Both the position numbers and the translations under genes were made by a program. The notes beneath the pieces were generated by a model. The model was not told the DNA's origin and did not search any database. It saw only the letters and a program-made list of their open reading frames with translations. Positions 34,301 to 48,047 of a stretch of 64,000 nucleotides of DNA are shown here, piece after piece (position 1 is the stretch's first letter; every line of letters starts with the position of its first letter). Source of the DNA: Mobula hypostoma (Eukaryota); NCBI RefSeq assembly GCF_963921235.1, contig NC_086120.1, positions 17,670,001-17,734,000 of the forward strand, read 5' to 3'.

Positions 34301-37300
34301 ACAGAGAATCGTTTCCCTGCAGACACAGTAAAGGGGATTAGATATCCAGCTGTGAAAGCCTCATCCAACAACACAAGTGGTCATGGCACCTACCCCGTCC
34401 ACCCCCCACCCCTCCACTCCCTCACTGGTTACCCCAGCTGCTTCCCGTCTCTCTATAAAGCACTGGGCAACAATTAGTTATTCTAACTGGCAAGGGAGCT
34501 TTATTGAAAAAGATCACATCTTGCAATGCGAGGATGGATTTGTTACACTGTGGAATTTCTAATATTCAAACATTGTTGGCCCAGTGCTGGGGCGAAACAT
34601 GGTCTAATTGAGAAGTATGTGTTCAGATACCGTGGAGTTTGTCCCAGAATTTAAAACAAAAACTCTTTATACAGGTGACCATGAAACAGCTGGAGTTTTG
34701 TGAAACACCATCTGGTTCAAGGAAGGAAATTTAACAACTTTATCTGCCTGGTCTATATGTGATCCCTGCAGTCACTGGCCTGTGAAATAACCTAGAAACC
34801 ACCCACTAGTATCATACTGGCTACTCAAATCTGGAAACAAATAAAACTTGTTAGGTCACCCAGCACTGATTTTGTCACCAATTCCAGACAGCACAAGCTC
34901 ACTCAAGCGAAAGCAAGCATATAAAGTTGTCCCCACTGACATCAGAGGAATGGCACCTGACACTGAGACACTTGTTCCCAAAGACTAGCCACACAATAGC
35001 CTGACTTGATGCCATTCACACTCATACCTCACAGAAAACGTACCAGACTCCACCGTCGTGATCCCTGGCTGCGTCATGTCCCCTCAGCAGGAGAGACCTA
35101 TCAGAATCAAGATTACAGGAAGGTACCAGCGAGGAAGAGTAAATCTGTGAATCATCAAAATTGAATCCAGGCACCATGAAGTAATTGGCCATTGATAGCA
35201 TCTTAGTCCTAGTGTCAGAAAGTTTGGTTCAAATCCCACACGAACATCTAGGCACATAATGCAGGCTGGGCCCACTGGACTGGGGTTGTACTAACATGCT
35301 GAACATGCTGATGACTTGGCAAACAATGCAGGGGGCCATAGCAGAGTCCAAATCCTTGTCTAGGCATGGAAGCTCCTCCTGGGGCATTGTCTCCATGGTC
35401 ATTCTGGAATTTAGCTTCACTGAGAAAGATAAGATCATTTGCAGTGTGTTGAATGAGCAGGGGATCTCTGTCTCAAATCACACCACAGTAAATGGTTTGC
35501 TTCATCCCCTAATACTCTTATAAACCATCAAAGAAAAAAACAGGTGCACTGGCAACTCATTTGATTTACAACTTGTGTGCTCTTGCAGTGCATAAAATCG
35601 TTGCCAAGTTTATATGCAAATATTAACTGCACTTCAAGTGCAATTCATAGCACGGAATGTCTTTGCTTACATGATCCACAAGACACAAAGACATGTTTTT
35701 AATTTCAAACTTATCCCTCAGCCAGGATCTTTCCAGTTAATTGTGGTATTAGATCTGCGTAGCTTTCTCTCTCTCTCTTTATTGAATAAAATAAAAGGAA
35801 TATTTAATTCTAAAGGGATCCTTATCTTCGCAGTAGGCTGACGAATCCCTCCAGAACACAGCTCCATGGTATTCAATTAAGTACCCACTAAATCCAAACT
35901 ATTAGGCAATAATTTTTATGTAATTAGTTTATTGATAAAATAGCAAAACATGAAAAACTTTACTGTTCTTTAAGTTCAGTATACCTATGTTTCTATCATC
36001 ACCATGTCAATCAATTTACGCAGTGAAACAAGCCCTGACTAGGTTTTACTAGAGACATCTATCCGCAATTTCCTTGTGGTTCCCTGCCAGAGTTCATTTG
36101 GTACTCTTCTCCCAACGCCCACCAATTACATTTTCCTGATCTTTATCTATTTGCTTCAATTTCCAAAAATCCTGAACTGCACAGTTTTTTGTCTGTTCAG
36201 CATTTTCTTTGCATTGAAGTTAAGCCAAGTCTTCTATTCTAATCATTCACCAGTGTCTCAACCTCTAGCAGTTCACTTCCTGCTACAGCCTAAACTTGAA
36301 ACCTGGGCTCAGTGCCAAGTGAACACTCCTTCTTAACTGACCTCGTCTTTCATTACCTTTTGTTGTGAAGTTTGGGATGCTTGGACCCATCTAGTCTCAG
36401 GTTTTTTTTAAAATTAAGAGTAAGTATGCATCACGCTAATTCTAAGGTGTTTCTAAATCATGGGTAATAAAGCAGATCATGGCAATGTATTAAAAAGTTA
36501 CCTTCACAGCTCCAGGGAGGTGTGGGTTAAATACTAAATGCAGATGTTGGCAATCATGCAGCACCTGTGGAGAGAAAAACTTTTCAGCTTCAAACATTCA
36601 CTCCATTGTTCTCTCCACAGGTGCTCCCTGACTTACAACATGTGTATTCTTGTTTTAACCTCAGGTAGATGTCCTTGACATTTATGCCAAAGTTATCTGT
36701 GGGACTATGTTTTGCAATAATCGGTTGCTCTATTTCTTACATAAAACAGTGAGTTATCTTCTGAGGTGCATCATTAGTTGTAAAATGCTCATGACAGGTC
36801 AAAAGATCATGAAAGGCACTACATCAATAGGGGTGGGTAAAAATCATCTTTTGACACTGGTACTAAATAGTTATCAGTTCTACTCACTGCTACACATCAC
36901 AGTCCATTGACATCCATGCCACTGAATAAGTGAAGGGTAATATAACTGATGCAGCTGGACAGTTTTAACATGGAGGCAGTGGTGAATTTCTCATTCATTG
37001 CCTTTCTTTTCTTTCAAAGACTAATGCTCTCAACAATATTTCCTCACCCCAACTCCCATTCATTCCTCTCCTTTGCAAAGTAGCAAAATCGATGAGTAAA
37101 TTCTGATGCCTATGAATAATACCCCAGTGTCAGGCACTGACCTTAAGTGGGTTGTGCAGCAATGTGCAGCTGGTTCAAATATGCCGGCTGTTTCTTGACT
37201 CTGTGCCAGTCCTGAGCTTTTAACCTTATCTGGGCAAAGAGAGATTCCTTTTCTATCAATAGCTTTCCCATGTGGATCTCCTGCCTATAACTGTGTCACA

Positions 37301-40300
37301 CGCTCACTCTAAAACGGCACAAGATTTCTACAACAGACCGAGCACTAAACACAAAAACTAATCAAAAGAAAAGTAAGTAAACCAAAAGTTTTCTTAACGT
37401 GAAGTTGATTTATTTTCTGAAAGTGACACAGAAAAGTTGCATCAAACCACAAGTGAAAAGTTTTTTTTTGCATGACTTTAGGCCTGTTTTTAACTTGTGG
37501 AGATTTGTTTAATTTTTTTCAAGATAATTAATTCATATACATGTCTCAATAAAAAGCAAGATGGAAGAGTGCACAATAACAAAAAGTAGTTTGGGGAAGG
37601 ATTGGATCTTTTTAAATAAAGGTTCATTAAAACAACCTGCGTTCACTACAAATATACTTTGATGTTCAGTTTGTATAATTCTCTCACTTTTGTCAAACTT
37701 CTCAAACTTGGTTGTGTATCCAATTTATAAGAAGCAACCTTTCTCAAGAGACTTACAGCAGAAATCCGGGAACAGATTGCAATTTGATCCCCTGCAACAG
37801 AGAAATGTCAAAGAAATATTTCCATTGTATGTAATAAACAGTCCTGTCTTTGGTTCTAGCTGGTAGGGAGGACCTGGAGTCATTGATGTCGATAAACTAC
37901 TTTTTTGAATGCTCAAAATATGTATTTTAATTATTAATTCACACCTCCATCCTTTTTGAAACCAAAATTAAAATTAAAAGCTTCTGTGTTCAGAATGTGG
38001 ACTTTCTTAACCCGTTTCATTTTCTCTGTCCAATTTAAAAGTTTCTCTCAAGATTCATTCAGTCAAATTTCTGTTTAAATGACTGTCAACTCCCCCCTGC
38101 CTCCTGCCCCCTCTACCACTGTCCTGTCAATAAGTTGAATTTCCAAAATGATTCCACACTGATCGATTTCCCTTCAGGTTATTTTTACTGGAGTCATTTT
38201 GCTGACTGTTGGGCTCTTCTTCACCTTAACATTGAACTTGACATGAAATTTACAAGTGGGCTGAATCTAATCGGTGGAAGTGTTAGCTAAAGAACACAGC
38301 TGGTCAGACAAGTTTGCAGAACTTTACAACAAAGAGTCAAGTGTGCTTGTAGAGCTTTACTTTACAGGCTGCTTTTTTGATAACTTTCACCAACTCCAGT
38401 TCTCTACAAATCGACATATTACCCTTCTTCAGATTACTTCATTCCACATGCCTGAACCAAACCTTTGTAATGCTGCACGTCCGATGTGCGATAATCCAAA
38501 TACTGTTGATAAGAAACTTATTGTGAACAATGTACTTCCCTTCTCCAAGACCCTTACCCCAAACGCTTTTCATGCACGCAATAGGTTTAATCCAGGGGTT
38601 TCAAATCTGAAAGTGCACTGCGTTTAAACTGATCATCAATGCTCTCCTTATTTCAGTCATTCAGACAGACAATAGTAAATATCTGACTGCTCAAAAGGCT
38701 TTTGCTTTATTGCTTTAACATGGTTGCAGTTAGTTGATTGACCATAAAGCCAAGCCAACAGGTCACTAAGAACCACCGCTGGAAAATCCCTTCACTTTTA
38801 TGGCCAATACAAACACCTGGATAAAAGACCCCAAATGTTTTAGTTCTTCTCAAGATCTATGTGATGTAAAGTGGATTAATCCACAAAACACAAAATCAAA
38901 TTTGTTGCAAATTGTGATTTCACTTGCTGACGATGGACTTTCCCTAGCAGAGGAAAACCTGCAGAAGGGAAAATTGCTTTGCTGGATCTTACAAGTGGTT
39001 TGAGCACACAACCAGGCTCTTCCTCTGCACCTGTACCTCCCCCTTACAGACACTGATACTTCAAATTGCTTTCTGATTTGCTTGTAAAGATAAATCCCAG
39101 GTCAGTTCTCTGCCTCACTGGCACCAGACTTATTTAACTCACTAGGAAATCTTATTGCCAAAGCATTGCAGTCAAAGTAAAGCACTGTCAATTTCTATAG
39201 ATCACTGGGCAAGTATAGAATGTTTAAGACAACAATTTGTGTTAATCTTAGAGCAGCTAAAAGATCCTTCTGAATGAAAATGATTCATTTACTGATGTAC
39301 TGAATCACTTCACCTGCATAAACGAACATGTCTTTATTGCACAGGAAGTAGGAAGGGGCAGAAACTGGAGATAAAAGACAAATCCATGGGACACCAAGTT
39401 ACAGGGAATTAAAGTGTATTAATAAAAATACACCAAATACAAACATGAATCTCTTTTGGCATCATAACAGCTTTGAACTCAGTTCCCAGTCACAAAGTCT
39501 CTTTAATGCTGGGATGCACAAAGGACGCAGGACTTCAATCAGCGGTTTAAAATCATGGGTGTAAGTTGGAGAAAAGAACAGCAATTTTAAAAGAATTGGT
39601 CTTCAAGGAACGATAGGGCCCTGTTCCTCCATAAAGAGGACACTCAGCGGGCCAAGAAACACAGAAGCCATGCCATGAACTTTGAAGAGGAGATCCAGCA
39701 CATCCAGGACTTCCTCAAATTCTGGTAAGTGTTATATATATTTTACTTCATAGTTGTTCAACAATAGTGTACACATCCGAAGCCTGTCCTGATTCAATAT
39801 TTACTATTATTTAACTGAGAACCTAGAATTCTTGAAGAAGCCAGAATTATTTGAATCCTACCATACAAAGTTGATTCTTTTAGGTCTTGTTTTGATTGAT
39901 GCAATAAAGTTTATTCCCTCTATTACTAACACTTGCTAGAAGACAGCACTCACAACACGTCCCCCAATAGCATTTTCTTAATAAGCCTATTTTTAATGCT
40001 GGGTCGCTGATGATCACAGTTATCAGACAACAGTAGCAAGGCCATTTGGAGAAATGCTCTATCTTGTTGTCTCAAATGTGCACTTCCCAGTGGAGGTGAA
40101 AGACAGAAGAAGGTCATTTGATGATGACCTGGCTAGGTTTATTCCACTCTCTGATCTATGGGAATTGAGGTCAATTCTAACAACACTCTACAGCAGGAAT
40201 GTTGAATTATAAAGTCTGGGAATCCTCAGATTTTGTAATTCAGTATCAGAACACGAGGACCATTTTAATAACTGCACCACTGTGATCTTCAATGTAAAAC

Positions 40301-40555
40301 TAGCTTTTAAGAATAAATTGTAACTGATTTCAAGCCAACCCACAACCATAGACCATAAGATACAGGAGCAAAATAGAGCATTCAACCCATTGAGTCTGCT
40401 CCACCATTCCATCTTTCTTCAATCCCATTCTGCTGCTTTCTCCTCATAACCCACAACCCCCTTACTAATTAAGAACCTTAACTACACAAAATGACCTGGC
40501 CTCCACAGCCCTCCGTGGCAACAAATTCCACAAATTCACCACCATCTGGCTGAAA

Positions 40556-42265
40556 CATAGAAACATAGAAAATAGGTGCAGGAGTAGGCCATTCAGCCCT
40601 TCGAGCCTGCACCGCCATTCAGTATAATCATGGCTGATCATTCAACTCAGAACCCTGTACCTGCCTTCTCTCCATACCCCCTGATCCCTTTAGCCACAAG
40701 GGCCATATCTAACTCCCTCTTAAATATAGCCAATCAACTGGCCTCAACTGTTTCCTGTGGCAGAGAATTCCACAGATTCACCACTCTCTGTTTGAAGAAG
40801 TTTTTCCTCATCTCAGTCCGAAAAGGCTTCCCCTTTATCCTTAAATTGTGACCCCTCGTCCTGGACTTCCCCAACATCGGGAACAATCTTCCTGCATCTA
40901 GCCTGTCCAATGCCTTTAGAATTTTATACGTTTCAATAAGATCTCCCCTCAATTTTCTAAATTGCAGCGAGTATAAGCCTAGTCGATCCAGTCTTTCATC
41001 ATATGAAAGTCCTGCCATCCCAGGAATCAATCTGGTGAACCTTCTTTGTACTCCCTCTATGGCAAGAATGTCTTTCCTCAGATTAGGGGACCAAAACTGC
41101 ACACAATACTCCAGGTGTGGTCTCACCAAGGCCTTGTACAACTGCAGTAGTACCTCCCTGCTCCTGTACTCGAGTCCTCTTGCTATGAATGCCAGCATAC
41201 CATTCGCCTTTTTCACCGCCTGATGTACCTGCATGCCCACTTTCAATGACCGGTGTATAATGACACCCAAGTCTCGTTGCACCTTCCCTTTTCCTAATCG
41301 GCCACCATGCAGATAATAATCTGTTTTCCTGTTCTTGCCACCAAAGTGAATAACCTCACATTTATCCACATTAAATTGCATCTGCCATGAATTTTCCCCA
41401 CTCACCTAACCTATCCAAGTCACCCTGCATCCTCTTAGCATCCTCCTCACAGCTAACACTGCTGCCCAGCTTCATGTCATCAGCAAACTTGGAGATGCTG
41501 CATTTAATTCCCTCGTCTAAGTCATTAATATATATTGTAAACATCAGTGGTCCCAGCACTGAGTCTTGCGGTACCCCACTAGTCACTGCCTGCCATTCTG
41601 AAAAGGTGCCCGTTTATTCCCACTCTTTGCTTCCTGTCTGCCAACCAATTCTCTATCCACATCAATACCATACCCCCAATACCGTGTGCTTTAAGTTTGC
41701 ACACTAATCTCCTGTGTGGGACCTTGTCAAAAGCCTTTTGAAAATCCAGATATACCACATCCACTGGTTCTCCCCTATCTACTCTACTAGTTACATCCTC
41801 AAAAAATTCTTTGAGGTTCGTCAGACATGATTTTCCTTTCACAAATCCATACTGACTTTGTCCGATGATTTCACCGCTTTCCAAATGTGCTGTTATCACA
41901 TCTTTGATAACTGACTCTAGCATTTTCCCCACCACCGATGTCAGGCTAACCGGTCTATAATTCCCCGGTTTCTCTCTCCCCCCTTTTTTAAAAAGCTGGG
42001 TTATATTAGCCACCCTCCAATCCTTAGGAACTAATCCCGAATCTAAAGAATTTTGAAAAATTATCACTAATGCATCCACTATTTCTTGGGCTACTTCCTT
42101 AAGCACTCTGGGATGCAGTCCATCTGGCCCTGGGGATTTATCTGCCTTTAACCCCTTCAATTTACCTAACACCACTTCCCTACTAACATATATTTCCCTC
42201 AGTTCCTCCATCTCACTAGACTCTCGGTCCCCTACTATTTCCGGAAGATTATTTATGTCCTCCTT
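40556..42265 (-). mobile_element. Young 5'-truncated CR1 LINE (RT domain), nested in an older CR1
   Basis: ORFs 41579-42211, 41371-41586 and 40734-41405 contain KSPGPDG, YLDFQKAFDKVPH, SGVPQ, KFADD and LVRPHLEYC. Tail is (CTATGTTT)n on minus. Confidence 0.93.
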
Positions 42266-43901
42266 TCATTGGATCTGGGAAAGATCTCATCTCAGTTTTT
42301 AAGGGACATCCCTTTGTTCTGAGGCTGTGCCCTCGGACTCTAAGCTCTCCTACTAACGGAACATCCTCTCCAATCTCACTTTATCCAGGCCTTTCAGTAT
42401 CTGGTAAGTTTCACCATCTGGAATCTGTCCTCTTCTCATTACCACCGTCTGGGAGGAGATGCAGGAGCCTGGAACCCCACTACCTCACTATTGCTCTTTT
42501 GCACTATTTGTTTTTATTGTAACTTATGGCAATGTTCTTTGTCCTCTGTTGTACTGCAGCCACTAAACAACAAACTTCATGACACACGTCAGAGAAAATA
42601 AATCTCATTCTGATGCTCTCTTATCTTTCTGAAATCCATCAGGGCATTAAAGGCTGCTCATATATTAAGCCTTTCATTCCAGAGATCACTCCTGTGAACC
42701 ACCTCTGGATCTCTCCAAGGCCAGCATGTTCCTCCTCAGAGATAGGGCACAAAAATTGCTCACAGTTCTGCATCTGCTACCCACCATTTCTGCGATAGAA
42801 TGACCATGGCCTCCGATAAAGAGCTACGTGCCGCAGAGACAGAAGGACCTCAACCCCCACTCTGTACAGATTCAGTTCATCTATGGCACAGTGGTGCTGG
42901 TATCCAGACCAGCCATGAGAAACAGGATAAAATTCACCAGATTTTCATCATTCCCTTTTGACATTTTGGAAGCTCACTTGTAACCACACAGTTTAGGTGA
43001 AATTTAGACCTAACGGGGTAGAATTGGGCTGTAATGGTTCATCAACATCAAAAGTCATTGGCACAATTTTTATTTTTACTGAACCACTCTAATTATCAGG
43101 CTTACCCAGTATTCTCAATGACAGGTTCCAGCAATATCCCATCATTCTCAATAATGGGTTTCAGCATTGTCCTGTAATTCCCAATGACAGCTTCCAGCAA
43201 TGCTTCATTACTTCAAATTAATAGAGCCAACAATATCCCAGGGCTATAAATGACTGGTTTTATATTTGTCGCATTTTTCACCATCAAAACTTCCAGGTAT
43301 ACCTAACTCTGAAGAAACTGACTTCGGTTTTGAACTTGCAGAGGAGTCCTCTGTTCGATCTCAGGGTTCAGTTGTTTTCCAGTTGAATTTTATTCCACCC
43401 AGTCACATCTTCCAGCTGTATCTCATGATTCCCATTTGAATCTCCCATCCGTGCATCAATGATCCCAAAAGCAGCATCAACCTGCATCTAATTCTTCCCG
43501 CTAATAAGTTACAGATCCGCTCTATTATTGCAGTAGACGGTTCTTGGTGTCAAGAGTTGGTAATTAATGCTGCCTTCTGTACTATCAACTCCAGGCTTGC
43601 CCACCTGTCCTTAATAAAACTGGCTTCTGATGACAATTTCCTCATGCACCACATCCTTTTCAGTAAGATTTTTACATAAAGTAAAAGGTGAACTACATCA
43701 CCCTTCAGGGAGATAGAAATACAATGCTAGTCTAATAAGGTTAGGTAATGAGGAAAGTAAATGCTAGTAAAGACAAGTTGGGATAAATATGGAGTTAATA
43801 TAGGCAAGTTAAATACAGTGGGTCAAAAGGTCTGTATCTGTAATGCACAATTCTATGATGGTATAATGCTTCTGATTCTGAAGTTAAAATTCTCCCAAAG
43901 A

Positions 43902-45250
43902 TTGGTGCATGGCAGGACATGTCTAACCAATCTTACAGAGTTTTTCGAGGAAGTTACCAGGAAAGTGGAATGAAGGCAAGGCGGTGGAAGTTGTCCACAC
44001 TGAAGTAAGGCATTTGATAAGGTCCCACATGGGAGGCCGGTCAAGAAGGTTCAGTTGTTTGGCACTCAGGATGAGGTAGTAAATTGGATTAGACATTGGC
44101 TTTGTGGGAGAAGCCAGAGAGTGGTAGTAGAGGGTTGCATCTCAAACTGGAGGCCTGCAGTTAGTGGTGTGCCACAGGGATCGGTGCAGGATCCTTTGTT
44201 GTTTGTCATATAACCATATAACCATAACCATATAACAATTGCAGCACGGAAACAGGCCATCTCGGCCCTTCTAGTCCGTGCCGAATGCTTACTCATATCA
44301 ATATCAATGATCTGGATGATGATGTGGTTACCTGGATCAGGACATTTGCAAATGGCATCAAGGTTGGGGGTGTACTGAATATTGAGGAAGGCTATTATGG
44401 CTTGCAGAGACATCTGCCTCAACTGGAAAAAAATGGGCTGAAAAATAGCAGGTGGAATTTAATGCAGAGAAGTGCGGGGTTTTACAAATTGGTAGGACCA
44501 CCAGGATAGGGCTTACATAGTAGGCCATTGAGGAGTGTGATAGAACAAAGGGATCTGGGATTACAGGTACATAATTCATTGAATGTGGCGTCACAGGTAG
44601 ATAGGGTCATAAAGAAAGCTTTTGGCACATTGGCCTTCGTAAATCAATGTATTGAGTACCGAAGATGGGATGTTATGTTGAAGTTGGATAAGGCATTGGT
44701 GAGGCCTAATTTGGAGTATTATGTGTAGTTTTGATCACCTACCTACAGGAAAGATGTAAACAAGGTAAAAAGAGTGCAGAGAAAATTTACAAGGATGTTG
44801 CCGGATCTGGAAAACCTGAGTTACAAGGAAAGATTGAATAGATTAGAACTGTATTCCTTAGAACCTAGAAGATTGAGAGGAGATTTGATAAAGGTATACA
44901 AAATTATGAGGGTTATAGATAGAGTAAATACAAGCAGCTTTTTCCTCTGAGACTGGGTGGGACTACAACCAGAGGTCATGGCTAAAGGGTGAAAGGTAAA
45001 AAGTTTAAGGGGAAGACAAGGAGAAACTGCTTCACTAAGAGGGATGTGAGAGTGTGGAATGAACTGTCAGCACAGAAGGTTCGCACAAGCTCAATGTCTA
45101 TGCTGAGGAGAAGTTTTATAGGTACATGGATAGTAGGGATATGGAGGGTTATGATCCAGGTGCAGGTTGTTGGAAGTTGGCCATTTAAATGGTTTCAGCA
45201 TGAACTAGATAGGCAGAAGGGCCTGTTTCTGTGTTGTACTCCTCTATGAC
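43902..45250 (+). mobile_element. Decayed CR1 LINE with a short inverted CR1 tail inserted at ~44212-44292
   Basis: RTCLTNLTEFFEEVT and KALVRPNLEYYV fragments. The insert is flanked by duplicated TCATAT. Confidence 0.88.
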
Positions 45251-46989
45251 TAAAACAGAAGGATAAGGGTGAAAAGGATTGCTAGTAAAGGTAAATTGTG
45301 GATTACAGGAGTGTCTCACACATAAAATATATCCACATATATGATGATGTTACATAAACACATAATGAATTATCTGATCCTTCTGACATAAACATTACTT
45401 TTCATTAAAGCTTCCAGGATTTCACTGAAGCAGAGCAGGAAAGAAAATCTGTTCATGTTTACTTCTATATATTGTAATTTGAGAATACTGAGAGATGCTT
45501 ACCACAAAATCATGATGGTGAAGTCCTAGAATCATTTTGCCAGAATAAAATATTGAATTTGTTTAACCTGATAGACACACTGACATTGGCAAAATGAGCT
45601 TACTATTTTCAAGTCTCCAGTGTTCCTGTCTCAAAGCCATTTCACAGCTTCTTGATGAATGGATAAGGACAAATACTATAAGAATCATTTGTAATGAAGT
45701 TACATTCCTCAACTATACTCATATTTTATCCACTCAAGGTCAGTATAATATGACAGTGCCGGAATCCTACCCTACTTTTACTTTTGATTCAGAGATACAG
45801 CAGTGTTACCAGCCTCTCTGGTCCAATGTGCCCACACCACCCAATTACACCCACATGACCCATTGACCTACTAACTAATGTGGGAAGAAACTCTGACACC
45901 CAGAGAAAACACACACGGTCATGGGTCGCTGGTGCGGTAATGGTGCTATGCTAATCACTAGGCTACCATGTTGCCTCTTCTGAAACCCGGCTTGGTTTAA
46001 TGCTTTACTGTCAAGCTTCATGTCTTCAACATTGAGATGGGCAAATTCTGTTGATAATTATGCCTATCAATATCGATCGATGCTATATTCCACTACTTTC
46101 ATTTCGATATGGAAATGTCCTGCACATGGAGTAAAATAACTTTCTTCTCCTGCTAGTGCATTGGGTATCTGAGGTCCTCAGCAGAATAGTTTTGAGAGAT
46201 CGGTATAGGAAGGCAAGGGAAAGATCAGGACATGAACATTTGGAGCATTTTTATGCATTATTGTAAAATATATCCTGCTTAAAATTGCCCATCCATGATA
46301 GTATTTGAGAAGGTGGTGGTGAACTATATTTCTGAATACCTACAGTCTATGTGGTGAAAGTACTCCCAGCGACAGGGAGCTGCAGTACTTAGGCCTAGCA
46401 GTCATGAAGATTTGGCAAATCATTTCCAAATTGGAATAGCATGACACCTTCAGGTAATCCCACAGATAGTAAAATCCTCATGCAAAAGTTACCCTCATTC
46501 TTCTGTGTGGTAGAGGTTTCAGGTCAGAACTGTAGCTTAAGCTTTGCTAAGTTTAAAAAAAACTAGTGCAGTGAATGAAATAATGTCGTCATTAGTTGCA
46601 GCTAAACTCAGGGATATGTCAAGGTTCAGAGAAAGTACAGCTTTGAGCTGTTTAGAAAGCAGAGAGAGTCTGAAACCCTTGGGTCACTGAATATCACATT
46701 TGTCCAACCTGATACTCACCAATCACCTATTGGGAAGTCGTAGCTGCAAGACATCTCATTCTTTGTTGGGAATTCTATGGGCACGTCAGAATTAAGCAGA
46801 CCAATGCCAGGATGTACCCTGTAGGATGGTGGTGAGCGATCATGTGATCAGCTCTTCCCTGCAGCATGATGTCACTTTCTTCGTTCCACAGGAGATTAAC
46901 ATGGAAATTCTTGGTGATGTTTCTGGATGATGTACAGTTTTGGGTTGTCAAGACACACCCTCATCCCACTCTTCATAGACACATTACTG

Positions 46990-48047
46990 ATCCTATTCTG
47001 GTTGGCTGCCGGTTACCAGTGGTTTTCCACAGGGGTCCGTGTTGGGGGCCGCTTCTTTTTACGTTGTACATCAACGATTTGGATTATGGAATAGATGGCT
47101 TTGTGGCTAAGTTTGCTGACAATATGAATATAGGTGGAGGGGCCGGTAGTGCTGAGGAAACAGAGAGTCTGCAGAGAGACTTGGATAGATTGGAAGAATG
47201 GGCAAGGAAATGGCAAATGAAATACAATGTTGGAAAGTGTATGGTTATGCACTTTGGCAGAAGAATTAAACAGGCAGACTATTATTTAAATGGGGAAAGA
47301 ATTCAAAGTTCTGAGATGCAGCTGGACTTGGGAGTCCTCATACAGGATACCCTTAAGGTTAACCTCCAGGTTGAGTTGGTGGTGAAGAAGGTGAATGCAA
47401 TGTTAGCATTCATTTCTAGAGGAATAGAGTATAGGAGCAGGGATGTGATGTTGAGGCTCTATAAGGCGCTGGTGAGAGCTCACTTGAAGTACTGTGGGCA
47501 GTTTTGGTCTCCTTATTTAAGAAGGGATGTGCTGACGTTGGAGAGGGTACAGAAAAGATTCACTAGAATGACTCTGGGAATGAGAGGGTTACCATGTGAG
47601 GAACGTTTGTCCGCTCTTGGACTGTATTCCTTGGAGTTTAGAAGAATGAGGGGAGACCTCATAGAAACATTTCAAATGTTGAAAGGCATGGACAGAGTGG
47701 ATGTGGCAAAGTTGTTTCCCATGATGGGGGAGTCTAGTACGAGAGGGCATGACTTAAGGATTGAAGGGCGCCCATTCAGAACAGAAATGCGAAGAAATTT
47801 TTTTAGTCAGAGGGTGGTGAATCTATGGAATTTGTTGCCACGGGCAGCAGTGGAGGCCAAGTCATTGGGTGTATTTAAGGCAGAGATTGATAGGTATCTG
47901 AGTAGCCAGGGCATCAAAGGTTATGGTGAGAAGGCAGGGGAGTGGGACTAAATGGGAGAATGGATCAGCTCATGATAAAATGGCGGAGCAGACTCGATGG
48001 GATGAATGACCGACTTCTGCTCCTTTGTCTTATGGTCTTGTGGTCTT
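46990..48047 (+). mobile_element. Young 5'-truncated CR1 LINE
   Basis: Open RT C-terminal frame to 47951 (LFTLYINDLD..KFADN..FFSQRVVNLW), (TCTTATGG)n-type tail, and probable 7-bp TSD ATTACTG (46983-46989, 48048-48054). Confidence 0.92.

Noticed and set aside
46866-47951. 361-aa ORF as a host gene
   Set aside because: CR1 RT C-terminus fused by chance to upstream non-coding sequence.
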